Shown here: positions 12,587 to 28,545 of the stretch, piece by piece
Layout: every line of letters starts with the position of its first letter
Numbering within the stretch: position 1 is the first letter of the stretch
NCBI GenBank assembly: GCA_951406725.2
Contig: OX597834.1
Span: 38,068,001-38,132,000 of the forward strand
Origin: Octopus vulgaris
Lineage: Eukaryota
Direction of reading: 5' to 3'
DNA length: 64,000 nt
Notes under the pieces: model-generated
What the model was told of the DNA's origin: nothing
The model's database searches: none
What the model saw: only the letters and a program-made list of their open reading frames with translations
Program-made: the position numbers and the translations under genes

Positions 12587-12783
12587 GCTAGCCTCTGCAC
12601 GCATTTTTTTCTCTCCTTGTTTCTTTCTGTGTTTCTTTTCTGTGTATCTTTCTGTTGAAGAGCGTAGGCTCGAAACGTAAAAGACTTGTTTTATTTATAT
12701 TCCTGAGCGCCATACTAATACAATTGTTTGTTTGTATTCCACCTGCCTTCGTCTTTTGTTTATTTTCATAAAGCTTCCCGTTA
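12586..12783 (+). mobile_element. (TA)n-embedded ~200-bp element with hammerhead-like motif at 12647-12684
   Basis: Homologous to 30268-30465(-). Motif tcttt-CTGTTGAA-GAGC gtag GCTC-GAAA-cg-TA-aaaga. Confidence 0.7.
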
Positions 12784-13315
12784 TATATATATATATATAT
12801 ATGCGTGTGTGTGCGTGTAGCTGCGTGTGTGTCTTTGTACCCTACAGCTGCTTGACCACTGGTGCTGGTGTGTTTAAGTCGACGTAAGGTAACAGAGGCG
12901 GTTCGGCAAAAGAGATCGATAGAGTAAGTATCAGGCTTTTTAAAATGTTATTAAGTACTGTGGTCGATTCATTCGAGCAAATATTTTTCAAGGTGGTGCC
13001 CCACCATGGCCGCAATCTAATAACCGAGAGAAGTAAAAAAATAAATATAAAACGATTAAAAAAAAAAACGAAAAAGAGATTTCTATAAAATGTCGATCGA
13101 CCGGGTTGAGATTGCCTTCCCGTTTAATCTCAGTTTCTGTTGTTTACATGGCGTTTATGGCTCTTTTTGGTCGATTGCTGATCACGTGAAGAGAAGATGG
13201 TGTTATTAGTGTCTCCAAAATAGGCGAAGTTCTAAGAATATTGGAAGGAAATAGTTTAGTCCGAAAAATCAATATTCTGACGACACGAAACATGATCATA
13301 AAAATCTAGATTCCG

Positions 13316-13493
13316 AATGTGGCTGTGTGGTAGGAAGCTTGCTTCCCAACCACATGGTTCCCGGGTTCAGTCCCACTGCGTGGTACCTTGGGTAAGTAAG
13401 TGTCTCCTGCTATAGCCTCGGGCTGACAAAAGCCTTGTGAGTGGATTTGGTAGAAGGAAACTGAAAGAAGCCTGTCGTGTGTGTTTGTGTTTA

Positions 13494-13524
<31 letters not shown>

Positions 13525-13752
13525 CTGTCTGTCTTTATGTGTGTGTTTGACCTCCCACCACAAAACCGCTTGACAACTGGTGTTGGTTTATTTACGTCCC
13601 TTTAACTTAAACGTTCGGCAAAAGAGACCGATAGAATGAGTAACAGGCTTTAAAAACAAAAGCCCTGGGATCAATTCATTCGACTAAAATCCTTCTTCAA
13701 GGCATTGCTCCAGCATGGCCGCAGTCGAAATACTGAAACAAGTAAAAGATAA
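13316..13752 (+). mobile_element. SINE family B, near full length (a further tail-only copy lies at 12830-13045)
   Basis: Head with A/B-box-like tggctgtgtggtagg / ggttcagtccc, ccttgggtaagt CORE-like motif, internal (TG)n, tail ending gaaacaagtaaaagat. Confidence 0.9.
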
Positions 13753-13864
13753 CAAGAGACTGGTTCCAAAACTGACTGATTATTCTATCAAACCTTTTTC
13801 TACTTCAAAGATTTTGAAATTAATTCCGAAGAAAAAATTCAAAAAATTTAACTCATCCAATTCT

Positions 13865-14740
13865 TTATTGCATTCTTCGCTTTCATTCTTTCATTCGCTT
13901 TCGCTGCTTTCATTACTTTCCTCGCTTTCATTGCACTCCTTGCATTCATTGCTTCACTTATTTTCTTTGCTCACGTTACTTTCCTTGTTTTCATTGATTT
14001 CTTTACTTTTACATCGCCAGCTCTAGCCTCGTTGTTTTCGTTGCTTTCATTGCTTTCCTTGTTATCATTGTTTTCTTTCCTTTATATCGCCTGCCCTAGT
14101 TTCATTGCTTTCGTTGCTTTCATTGTTTTCGTTTGTTGTCATTGTCTTCCTTGCTTTCGTTGCTTTCTTTTGTTTCCGTTGCTTTCATTGCCTTCATTGC
14201 CACGCTTCTTTTCATTTCTTTTATTTATTTCTTATTTTCATTGCTTTCATTGCTTTCCTTTCTTTCATTGCTTTCATTGCTTCCATTTGCGTCCATTGTT
14301 TACATTACTTTCATTACCTCCCTTCTTTTCAGTGATTTCACTGTTTCCTTCTTTTCATTGATTTCCTTGCTTTCATTCATTACCTCGCTGTCATTCCTTT
14401 CCTCGCCTTCATTCCTTACTTCACTTTCTTTCCTTTCCTTGCTTTCATTTCTTTCCCCGATTTCATTAATTTCCTTGCTCTCATCTCTTTCTTTGCTTTT
14501 ATTCCGTTCCTTCCTCTCATTGCTTTCCTTGCTTTCATTCCTTTCATCGCTTTCGTTCCTTTCCTTGCTTTCATTCCTTTCCCCGATTCCATTCCTTTCC
14601 TTGCTCTCATCTCTTTCCTTGCTTTCATTCCGTTCCCTCCTTTCATTGCTTTCCTTGCTTTCATTCCTTTCATCGCTTTCATTCCTTACCTCACTTTCAT
14701 TCATTTCATTCCTTTCCTCGCTTTCTTCGCTTCCATTGTT
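13865..14740. repeat. Pyrimidine-rich 9-bp satellite (ttgctttca-type) with a 126-bp higher-order duplication
   Basis: 14431-14556 and 14557-14682 are near-identical. Confidence 0.85.
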
Positions 14741-15359
14741 GTCTTTGATTCTGATATCTCCTTCAGATTTGCCTTGTTACAGTTCAGATTCCTTTCTGCT
14801 AACAACAAAAACCAATTCTGATAACAACGAAGTTGATATGTCTGCTACAAGAGATTAACTTCAGTTCTATCCTGAGCAAGTAGACATGTAACCAAAGATT
14901 CTCCGACCGTGACCATCCAACATGCAGGGAACTCAATCAAATTATCCGATATGTTACTTTCTGACATTCTGAGACAATGCAATGTGAATTGAGGAAGATT
15001 TTGCTTCTATTTTTAACAGACCTAGAAACCACATTGAGGTGGGGTTATATAGATGACTACCTAAATCCACGACCAACACCACAGACACAATACACAAAAC
15101 AAAGATAAATATACGAATATATGCGTGCATGTTTGTGTGTGTGTATACATATATGCATTAAGAGTATATGAACATGCGTATATATTCAATTCCAAACAGA
15201 GGTAGGCATACACATGCGTATGTTTATGTGTGTGTTTGTGTGTGTGTGTGTGTGTGTGTACATACATACATGAAGAGTACATGTTATTGCGTATATACAC
15301 AATTCCAAACAGAGGTAGGCGTACACATGCATATGCGTGTGCATGTGTGTATATGGTTA

Positions 15360-15618
15360 TGTATGTATGTATGTACGTATGTATGTATGTATGTATGTAT
15401 GTATGTATGTATGTATATGTATGTATATGTATGTATGTATGTATGTATGTATATGTATGTGTGTATGTATGTATGTATGTATGTCATAATGTATGTACGT
15501 ATGTATGTATGTATGTATGTATGTATGTACATATGTATGTATGTATGCATGCATGTATGTATGTATGTATGTATGTATGTATGTATGTATGTATGTATGT
15601 ATGTATGTATGTATGTAT
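15360..15618. repeat. (TATG)n microsatellite
   Basis: Direct reading. Confidence 0.95.
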
Positions 15619-16439
15619 GCGAGAATATGAAGGTATTCAGTGCAGTTATATACTGTTAAAGAAACACCAGCAGAAGAAAACGAAAACAAATTATTTTGGG
15701 AATTTAAAAAGAAAGAAAGCATGAAAGGAGAGAAAGGAAGAAAAAAAAGAAGGAAAGAAAGAAAGGAAGAAGGAAAGAAGGAGAGAAAATAAGAGAGAGA
15801 AAAAGAAAAGGAGGAAGAAAAGAAGACTTGACAACATACAATAGAATATAGTTTTCTCTCTCAAATACTGTGAGACAACGCTTTGACATTTTCCGACATG
15901 CAATCCAGTCAGCTGCTAAAAGGGAATTACACACACATACATACACACACACACACTCGCACGCGCGCGCGCGCACAGGAACACGCACGCACATATGAGC
16001 AAACATGTACTCACCAACAAAGACACGCGAGCGTGAACACACACACACACACACTCACACATACACACACTCACATCGGGGGAACGAGAGAGGAGAGAGG
16101 AAAAAAGTTATAGTTAAACACTATGTATATACATATATATATACATATATATATACATATACATATATATACGTATATACATATATACATGTATATACGT
16201 ATATATATATATACATACATATATATATATATATATATATGTAAATATGTAAATACATATATATATGTGTATATATATATATATATGTAGGTATATATAT
16301 GTATGCATATATATATATATATATATGTATACATATGTACATGCATATGTGTATGGAAAATATATATAATGCATATATGTGTCTCTATCTTTCTCTTTCT
16401 CTGTATATGTATATATACATACAAAGATATATACATGTA

Positions 16440-16485
<46 letters not shown>

Positions 16486-17103
16486 CACGTTCACACACCC
16501 ATGTACACTTACAGGCGTATATAAATAAATAACTTTGCTTATGTGTACGCAGGTACATATATTTCTAGCTAAAGAGATGCATATATACATACACATATAT
16601 AATTATTTTTTGAAATTCAGATAAGTAAAAGACAAAAAAAAGAAAAAAGAATAAGGAAGAAGAAAAAGGAAAGGAAGAAAATATATTAGAAAAAACATAA
16701 AAAATAATTGAATGAAACAATTTAATTTGATATTATAAACTTTAATATGGCTGTTTATTATTGTTTTTTTCTTTTCTTACTTTTTCAATTACTTTTCTTC
16801 GTATGTGTGTGTGTGTGTGTGCGCTGCGGATCATATCTGTGGTCTGTGTATGATTATGTTATGTGTGTGTAGAGAGATTTATGTGCATGTAAATACGTGT
16901 GTGTGTGTGTGTGTATGTGCATAATTACATACATACATATATCTATATCTATCTATATATATAAGTATGTATGTATATATACACACACAGAAGGAGAGAG
17001 AAAAAGAAATGAAGAAAGAAAGATATCTGCCTACCTACATAGGTAGGTAGATAGATTCATGTACGTGTGCATGTGCATGCTAGTGTGTAGGTATGTATAT
17101 ATG

Positions 17104-17145
<42 letters not shown>

Positions 17146-17216
17146 GTGTGTGTCTGTGTGTCTGTGTGTCCGTGCGGTGAAAAGAGCTTAGATACACACA
17201 TAGATAGATACATACA

Positions 17217-17250
<34 letters not shown>

Positions 17251-17344
17251 CATAATAGATAGACATACAGATAGACAGACACACAAAGACAGACAAACAG
17301 ACACACACACACACACACAGAGGCAGACAGACAGGCAGACAGGC

Positions 17345-17718
<374 letters not shown>

Positions 17719-18241
17719 GGTCCTGCATATGAGCATCACAACCAATATGTGCAGGTGCACATAAATACAGATACGAATCATAACAACTGCATGTCATTAT
17801 AACTGTCTGCATGCATTCTTAGATGCGTGTGTGCTGGTATGCGTGTATTTGAATGTGTGTGTGTGTGCGTGTGTGTGTGTGTATCTGTGTGTGTGTGTGT
17901 GGTGAAGATTTATAGCTGTTGTGTGTCTGTGGTTTATATGTTTTTAAAAATTAGTTTCACGTAAAAAAACTTTTCGCTCACATTTTCCTACCCGTTCCTA
18001 TTTTCAAGTGCTTCTGTTAACTGATGACTATACACACCTGGGCACACATGTGAATATATAATGTGTGTGTGTATGTATGTATGTATGTATGTATGTATGT
18101 ATGTATGTATGTGTGTGTGTGTATGTAGGAATGCATGCTTGTGTGTATGTAAGTAAGTATATATGTATGTTTACCTGTATGGATGTGTGCATGTATGTAT
18201 TATGTATGTATATATATACATATATATATATAGATATATAT

Positions 18242-18307
<66 letters not shown>

Positions 18308-18436
18308 GTGTATATATGTAGGTGTGTATGTGTGTCTATGTATGTGTTACATACATGTCTGAGTATCTGAATCTGTGTGTGGCTCTGTTTGTCTATGTAT
18401 GTGTCTATGAATTTAAATGTATATAAATCTACAACA

Positions 18437-18504
<68 letters not shown>

Positions 18505-18844
18505 GTACACATTTTATATACATGTATACATGTCACACACAGATATGTGCGTGTGTATATAGTAATACATTGACGTGATTGGCAAAATACGCCTGACATG
18601 TAGACACGCGCCCGCCATTGTTGGTTTCGACAGATCTTCTTCTGTACAGTGACATCGACCTATAATAATGAACGCTGAAGAAAAGATTATTCAACAGAAC
18701 CATTCACTCACTCACTCACTCACTCACTCACTCTCTCTCTCTTTCCGTGTGTCTCTCTCCTCTCACCCTCCCCCTTCTGTCAGTCTATCTTTATATCTAG
18801 TTATAAGTATGGATGTCTCTGTAGCTATCCATCTCTATTTATAT

Positions 18845-19222
18845 ATTCTTTTATTCTTTTGTTTCAGCCATGCTGGAGCACAGCTTTTGGTCGAACAAAT
18901 CGAAATCAGGACTTATTCTTTGTAAACCTAATACTTAGACTATCAGCTTCTTTTATCGAACCGTTGTGTTACGAGGACATAAACACACCAACATCGGTTA
19001 TCAAGTGATAGTGGGAGGGGTGTTTAAACTCAGACACACAAATATATGTATATATATACGACGGGTTTTTACGACGGACCTCAGTCAGTTACCGTCTACC
19101 AAATCCACTCACAGGGCTTTGGTTGACCCGAGGCTATAGTAGAACACACTATGCCAAAATGTCACGCATTGGAACTGAACCCGGAACCATGAAATGGGAA
19201 GAAAGTTTCTTATCGCACAGGC
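18845..19222 (-). mobile_element. SINE family B
   Basis: ccgtctaccaaatccactcac...cccgaggctatagtagaa...actgaacccggaaccatg. Confidence 0.85.
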
Positions 19223-19321
19223 GATCAATCTATTTACCTATCTTGAAAGAGATGATGACAGCTTCATACATAGATACGTGCATACGCACACACACACACG
19301 TATATGTATATATATATGTAT

Positions 19322-19399
<78 letters not shown>

Positions 19400-19506
19400 G
19401 GGAGAGGGAGACGGACAGACAGACAGATAAATAGATAGATAGATAATTTATATATATATATATATATATATATATGCATGTAGTGTATATACACACACAC
19501 ACACAC

Positions 19507-19592
<86 letters not shown>

Positions 19593-20096
19593 TTACATTC
19601 ATACATAGAGATGTCAAACGGTGGACGAGTATGTCCATTAATGACAAATTTTCTTATGCTAGAGATCAAAGATAATAGCTGTCAACAATATACACATACA
19701 TATACATACATACATACATACATACATACATACAAACATACATACATACATACATTCATGCATGCATACATACATGCATGCATGCACCACAAATGATTAT
19801 GATATAAGGAAATATAAAAATCTGCAGGACCTTTCAAGGATGATGGCTAAAGCAAAATGCTTTCCTTCACAGGATACTTTCCTTCACAACCTTACGACCA
19901 AGAGAAAGAGAAGAACATGCATACATACATACATACATACATACATACATACATACATACATACATACATACATACATACATGTTATGGCTGCCCCCACG
20001 TTATCGAGTATGGCCATTGCACGAAGCTTAACTGTTACTGGTGATGTGATCGAATGTGACTTTTTACCCCAGCTAAAGATCTACAATGTCTTGTAC

Positions 20097-20127
<31 letters not shown>

Positions 20128-20419
20128 CATACATACATACATACATACATACATACATACATACATACATACGTACATACATGCATGCATGCATACATAC
20201 ATACATATGGAGATTGAATAAGGCCTGCGCGGGAGTTCAATATCACAAGATGTTAAATTATAAAAAGATAGTCGATAAGGCTCCGCTCATTTTCTGACGC
20301 ACAGCGGGATCGAAACTGGAATCCCACGATTTAAAGGAAAAGAAAGTAACAACAAGGGTATGCTTGCTTCCATGGTCTATGATATTAAACATCAAAATGG
20401 AGCAGATTCATGACGTAAA

Positions 20420-21500
<1,081 letters not shown>

Positions 21501-21892
21501 GTGTACTTACAAGGACACAAACAAATTTACAAGGCACACACATACATATACCTCTATGAAACCTAATAAATCCAATTAAATTTTCAGCCGAACATCAAAG
21601 GACAATTCTAACGAAATCTCAAAGGATGGAATCCCCACACACCTATACACACACACACACATACACACAAGCACACACACAAGCACACAGTGACACAGAG
21701 TCACATACCACATACTCACACATACATGCGTTTACTCACTAATACTTAGAAGCACACACACACACACACAGAAACAAGCATGTTCCTACATACACAATGT
21801 TATACGTACATACACATATATATATATATATTTGTATGTGTGTATATATATATTAATATATATGTGTGTGTGTGTATGTATGTGTATACATG

Positions 21893-21936
<44 letters not shown>

Positions 21937-21998
21937 TGTATATATGTACACATATATACGTACATGTATATATATATATGTATATCTGTGTGTGTGCC

Positions 21999-22032
<34 letters not shown>

Positions 22033-22275
22033 TATGCACACACGCCGAGTCCATTATATCAACATTCACCGGCATGCTTTGCTCGTCGTATTTCCGTTCC
22101 ATAAATACATGTAATCACATACTCAAACACGTATACGCTTACAGATCACAGTCACCTAAGCTTCTTGTTTGACACAGACACCTTGCGCCTCAAGCCTACA
22201 CATACACACGCAAATGCCTACACCGGCAGCAAAAATTCATATCTTGCAGCCTCGTTCTCAGAAGCATATATGATT

Positions 22276-22351
<76 letters not shown>

Positions 22352-22525
22352 GATATGCGAGTGCATGTATACCTGTATGTATGTATGTTTGTATGTATTT
22401 ATACATTGATGTATGTTTTGTATTCACTTCTCACGTATACAGAAGTCAACGGACATGTTTATATATACACCCTGACATAAGCATACAATCATCTTTACAT
22501 AAATGCGCGGATATACAAATCATAC

Positions 22526-22557
<32 letters not shown>

Positions 22558-22819
22558 GCATACACACATACGTACATGCATGCATACATACACATAAGCA
22601 CACATACATATGCAAGCATTACACAAGCATAAATACATGCACATGGTAATGGGGTGAGGCGGAATGGCAGAGACATATGTCCAAGCGAAACATTCTGGAA
22701 ATCCTACTCTGGAATTCTTGGACCATTTCTGAGTGAAATGACATGTTTACCGTTTGAAAGTGTCTTCTAATGAATATGTTGTGTTGTCCAAAGTCAAACT
22801 TGATTAATGAGAGGAGACG

Positions 22820-23150
<331 letters not shown>

Positions 23151-23397
23151 CGGTAACAGATCGAATGTTACCGTTTATTGGTTGAAGCTGATGATCATAA
23201 AGAGAGCGGTAAAGCGATGCGTGGCGACAGCGGCTTTGGAAACGGTTAAGATTACAAGAAGGACAAGAACATACCGAAACTTAGATAATATATTAGGAGC
23301 TGTATGTATGTGTATGTATGTATGCATATATATGAGTGTGTGTGTGTATAAACTTACTCGGAAATGGATGCATAGCGTTGAATTAAATAATAATGTA

Positions 23398-23444
<47 letters not shown>

Positions 23445-23527
23445 ATATAAATAATATATATATACTTATATATATAATATAAATAATATATATATATACA
23501 TATATACATATATATATAATATAAATA

Positions 23528-23561
<34 letters not shown>

Positions 23562-23644
23562 GTATATATATATAATATAATATAAATGCATATATATGCA
23601 TATATATATAATATAAATAATATATATATATACATATATATATT

Positions 23645-23818
23645 CTTAATTGATTGCTCCAATGTGGCCAGCCGAAATTGCGAGGATAAGCTGGTGCTTG
23701 ACTGAGGATAGAAAACTTCGAGTGACCCGTCCTTGTTTTCTTTGTATCTTTTATCTGGATGTTTTGTTCTTTTTTGTATCACCTAGCTGTCCGGATGTTT
23801 TGCGACCTTTTCCCATTT

Positions 23819-23888
<70 letters not shown>

Positions 23889-24090
23889 AAATATATATAT
23901 AAAAATACAAAATGGGACAATATATATATATGCATATATGGGTACAGGACGTCTCTATCTCTGTAAACAACATGAAATACGAAAACAAATGAGTTAAATA
24001 CGCAAAGAGAGAAAAAATGGAAAACAGGACATGTAACAGAGAACGACAGAGAACGACAGAGGACGACGCTTCATATAGTTGCCGGCTATA
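23645..24090. mobile_element. PLE-like terminal fragments in inverted arrangement around a (TA)n tract
   Basis: ...ttcccattttgtat (TA)n aaaatacaaaatgggacaa...: the right piece is the reverse complement of the family terminus. Confidence 0.55.
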
Positions 24091-24342
24091 TATATCTACT
24101 CCTCATTTCGAGGAGATGGTGGTGGTTGTGGTGGTAATGGTGTTGGTGGTGGTGGTGGTGCTGCTGCTGCTACTGTTACTGCTGCCGCTGGTTGTGGTGA
24201 TGATGATGATGACGATGAGGAGGAAGAGGAGGAAGAGGGGGAGGAGGACGACGACAACGATAATGATGATGATGGGGAGAAGCAGAATATTTGATACTTT
24301 TACAGTGTGCGTTTGTGTCTGCATATGTGTGACAGTCTATGA

Positions 24343-24403
<61 letters not shown>

Positions 24404-24535
24404 AGTGCGTGTGTGTACGTGTCTGTGTATATGTGCGTGTGTGAGTGTATAGTTGCAATTACAGATGTCCTTGCGTATATTAATCTACGTGTTTTGAATT
24501 TCGTATGATTACCTGTGTGTGTGTGTGTCTGTGTG

Positions 24536-24568
<33 letters not shown>

Positions 24569-24887
24569 AAGTGTGTGTGTATGTGTGCATGTGTGTGCGT
24601 GTAATGCTACTCGTGTGAATATACTCTTCATACACGTCAAACGTCAGGAATGTTTTACATATCTTCATAGTTTCATTAATGGTTTATAATTAAAATTTCT
24701 TAATTAGCCGTATCCTTTCTGGTTTCTCAAAGATTTGTGGTGGAGTTGTTAGTTATATATCCAAGTGATCTAATAATTATAGGTATTATTCTTAATCTCT
24801 AATCCAGGTGTAGTACGAGTGATGATTTCTCATTAGCTCTGCAGTGATGGTTTCCTAGTCTAACGTTTTCTGTCTGTCTGCCTGTAG

Positions 24888-25525
24888 GTATGTATGTATG
24901 TATGTATGTATGTATGTGTATGTATGTATGTATGTATGTATGTATGTATGTATGTATGTATGTGTATGTATGTATGTATGAATGAATGTATGCGGTATGC
25001 GTGTGTGTATGTATGTGTGTGTAGGCATGTATGTATGTATGTGTGTGTATGTATGTATGTATGTATGTATGTATGCATGTTTGTATGTATGTATGTGTGT
25101 ATGCATGTATGTATGTGTGTATGTATGTATGTATGTAATGTATGTATGTATGTATGTAGGCATGTATGTATGTGTGTATGCATGTATGTATGTGTGTATG
25201 TATGTATGTGTGTGTATGTGTGTATGTATGCATGTGTGTGAATGTATGTAGGCATGTATGTGTACGTATGTATGCATGTGTATGTATATATGTATGTGTG
25301 TGTATGTATGTATACATGTGTGTATGCATGTATGTGTGTATGCATGTATGTATGTGTGCGTGTATGCATATATGTATGTATGTATGTGTGTGTATGCATG
25401 TATGTATGTATGTGTGTGTATGCATATATGTATGTAGGTATGTATGTGTGTGTATGCATGTATGTATATATATATATATGTATGTATGAATGTATGTATG
25501 CATTATGCATGTATGTATGCATGTA
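24888..25525. repeat. Degenerate (TATG)n/(TG)n microsatellite
   Basis: Direct reading. Confidence 0.95.
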
Positions 25526-25799
25526 TAGATGTGTGTGTGCGTGTGTGTGTGCCATTATTCAGTTTTATCTCAAGATTTTTTTTGTTTTGAGCGGGATAAT
25601 GGAACCATTTTTCTCAACTGGGGATGTTGTTTTAGTGTTATAATTTGAGCCACAAATGATGTTGGCTCGCAGTCCTAGCCAGCGGAGTGGCGTCATTCGA
25701 AAGGTAAAACAATGCAAAGTGCATTGTGACCAGCAATGTATAGCGACACCCGATTATCTGGTCGATACCGATAACGTGATGGTGTTAATATGGATTTAA

Positions 25800-26880
25800 T
25801 ATCACAATGAGTGGTCTATCTACACTTCTACTAATGGTAAAATTCCCAGTAATAAATACCAAATAGCTTGTAAGTTATTGCACCCAGCTTCTTAAGTTTC
25901 TGTACTCACCAATTCAGAAGACCAAATGTAAGTTTCAGAATAGTCACTGCGAATGTATTGTCTGCAGTATTCTTGTTTTAACCTGACAGTTCTTGTCGAT
26001 TATATCGGCCCCAGTGCGAAACTGGTACTTTATTTATCGACCGCGAAAGGATGAAAGCCGAGGTCGACTTTGCCTTTCATCCTTTCGGGGTCGATAAATA
26101 AAGTACCAGTTTCTCACTGGGGTCGATATAATCGACTTTATCCCTTTGTCCTTGTTTGTCCCCTCTATGTTTAGCCCCTTGTGGGCAGTAAAGAAATATA
26201 TATTCTCTTTACTCTCATGAGATATTCATTTCTTGCCATCTCTTTATCAATGGGTCCATCGCAGCAGACATTCTCATCCTGTCCAAGATACTTACCGAAT
26301 GCAAAGAGTGTTAAGCAGGTCATATCTAATTGTTGTGGCTGTCTGTTTGTTTGTTTGTTTTTTGTTTTTGTTTTTTTTTTGTTTTTGTTTTTTTGTTGTT
26401 TTTTTTTAGAGGGTGGAGCAAGTTTCCCACTTCTAACCATCAAGAATACAAATTTGAATTCTTCCAATGTCTGTAAAATATTGCAAAATAAATTCCAGTT
26501 ACTTTTTGATTTGGTTCATTTTCTGGTTCATCAAGTTTCAGGTTATCTACAATAATGTAAAAAAAAATTACTAGGTTCAGGGTATACATTTCTGTATGAA
26601 CTATATTTTGTGAACGTATATGAAAGAGAGGTCAAAAAGCAGCACTGACAAGCCAACACCTTGCGGGATGCCTTTTTGATTTTTTTCTTACTTTTACTTT
26701 TTTTTTATCATTTCTGAAAAGTAAAGCAATGTACCGAGTCTTGGTCGGGTGCTGAATTGTAGAGATCGCAATCAGTGATCGTGGAACTTTAGCTAATTGC
26801 AATACTTTGATGATCCACCCATGTGGTATAGAATCAAAGGCTTCCTGAGAGATCAGTCACAGCACAACTAAATCCCTGCG
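25800..26880 (-). mobile_element. Decayed non-LTR retrotransposon reverse transcriptase (RLE-type, R4/NeSL-like), split by a SINE
   Basis: Ordered minus-strand motifs: EAFDSIPHGWIIKVLQLAKVP; KGIPQGVGLSVLLF; IVDNLKL; KYLGQDENVCCDGPIDKEMARNEYLMRVKRI; [SINE]; ELSG*NKNTADNTFAVTILKLTFGLLNW; TGNF..SVDR. Confidence 0.85.
25995..26198 (+). mobile_element. 5'-truncated SINE A (tail type 1) with an inverted duplication forming a hairpin
   Basis: 25995-26057 is the reverse complement of 26074-26136. Confidence 0.85.
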
Positions 26881-27208
26881 GTTTTTATTGTCTTTTTCGT
26901 GTGTCATATCGTTGATTAGTGCTTGCTCTGTTATAGCCCTATACAGCTGTCTTTCTCCCCCACCTTGTTCATATGTTATATTTATATATCATTATATGTA
27001 TGTATGTATGATTGTATATATGTATGTATATGCACGTATGTATATACATATATGTATGTGAGCGTATATGTGTATCTATTTATATATAGAGACGAAAGCA
27101 TTCATAGGTATGTGTGTATATATATGTGTGTGTGTATGTGTATAAATGTATGTATTTATTTATATATTTATGTATATATATGTGTATATATATATGTGTA
27201 TATATATA

Positions 27209-27278
<70 letters not shown>

Positions 27279-27344
27279 CATGTGTGTGTGTAGTAGTAGT
27301 AGTAGTAGAATTAGAAATAAAAAGTCCTTGGTACAGTATTATAA

Positions 27345-27497
27345 ATTTGAAAAAAAAATAATAGAAATGTCTTTTCCGATAATTTTTCCACTTCAATAAC
27401 TGGAAATTTTAAATTATTAAGTCTAATAATTTATAAACATCTTATTATTAAAGTGGAAAAATTATCAGAAAAGCCATTTGTATTAATATTTTCGAAT
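27345..27497. repeat. Imperfect palindrome of ~150 bp
   Basis: aatagaaatgtcttttccgataatttttccacttcaata pairs with tattaaagtggaaaaattatcagaaaagccatttgtatt. Inner arms aaattatta / taataattt. Confidence 0.8.
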
Positions 27498-27507
27498 ATA
27501 CATATAT

Positions 27508-27546
<39 letters not shown>

Positions 27547-27762
27547 TATGTATATGTATGTATGTATGTATGGATGGATGTATGGATGGATGGATGGATG
27601 GATGGATGAATGGATAAATGTATGTATGTACGTACGTACGAATGTATGTGTGTGTGTGTATGTATGTATGTATGTATGTGTGTATATGTATGTATGTGTG
27701 TGTATGTATGTATGTGTGTATGTATGTATGTATGTATGTGTGTATGTATGTATGTATGTGTG

Positions 27763-27794
<32 letters not shown>

Positions 27795-27872
27795 TGTATG
27801 TATGTATGTATGTATGTATGTACGTACGCACGTATGTATGTGTGTGTGTATGTATGTATGTATGTATGTATG

Positions 27873-27906
<34 letters not shown>

Positions 27907-27916
27907 TGTATGTATG

Positions 27917-27946
<30 letters not shown>

Positions 27947-27947
<1 letters not shown>

Positions 27948-28300
27948 GGCAGCTAGCTTGTGGAATCGTTAGAGCCTTGGAATAAAATGTTTCATTGTAT
28001 TTGTTCTGAATTGAAAATCCCACCAAGATCAACTTTCATTTTTTTTTCGGGATCCACGTGATTAAGTATTTGTCGATGGTATCGACTAATCCCAACCACA
28101 CACTATTAAAATTGCTGGTCTGATACCTAAATCATTTCTCTCGGCTCTTTACGTTCAGAGTGCAAATTCCGCCAAGATAGACTTTGCGTTTCATTCTTTC
28201 AGAGTCGATAAAATAAACGCCTGCTGAACACTGAGGTCGATGTAATCGACTAGCCCTTATCCTCCAAATTTTCAGATCTTGTGCTAAAAGTTGAAACCAT
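27947..28300 (+). mobile_element. Two diverged SINE A copies in tandem
   Basis: caaattccgccaagatagactttgcgtttcattctttc.gagtcgataaa...gtcgatgtaatcgact. Confidence 0.75.
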
Positions 28301-28335
28301 TATTGTTGTTGTTGTGGTGGGGTTTTTTTCCTTTT

Positions 28336-28403
<68 letters not shown>

Positions 28404-28419
28404 TAATTGTTACTTATTT

Positions 28420-28545
28420 TTCGTTGTCATCCTGCTTTTGTACACGGACTTTTTCAAACGGACAAAACCCTTTGTAACTTTCGTCCTGTGTTTTGTCCCC
28501 TCATGTTTTGATTTTTGTTAGCCCTTGTGGTCAATAAACGAAAGA

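Noticed and set aside
13278-13298. CTGACGA...GAAA hammerhead candidate
   Set aside because: Only 3 nt between the boxes, so no stem II, and no stem I.
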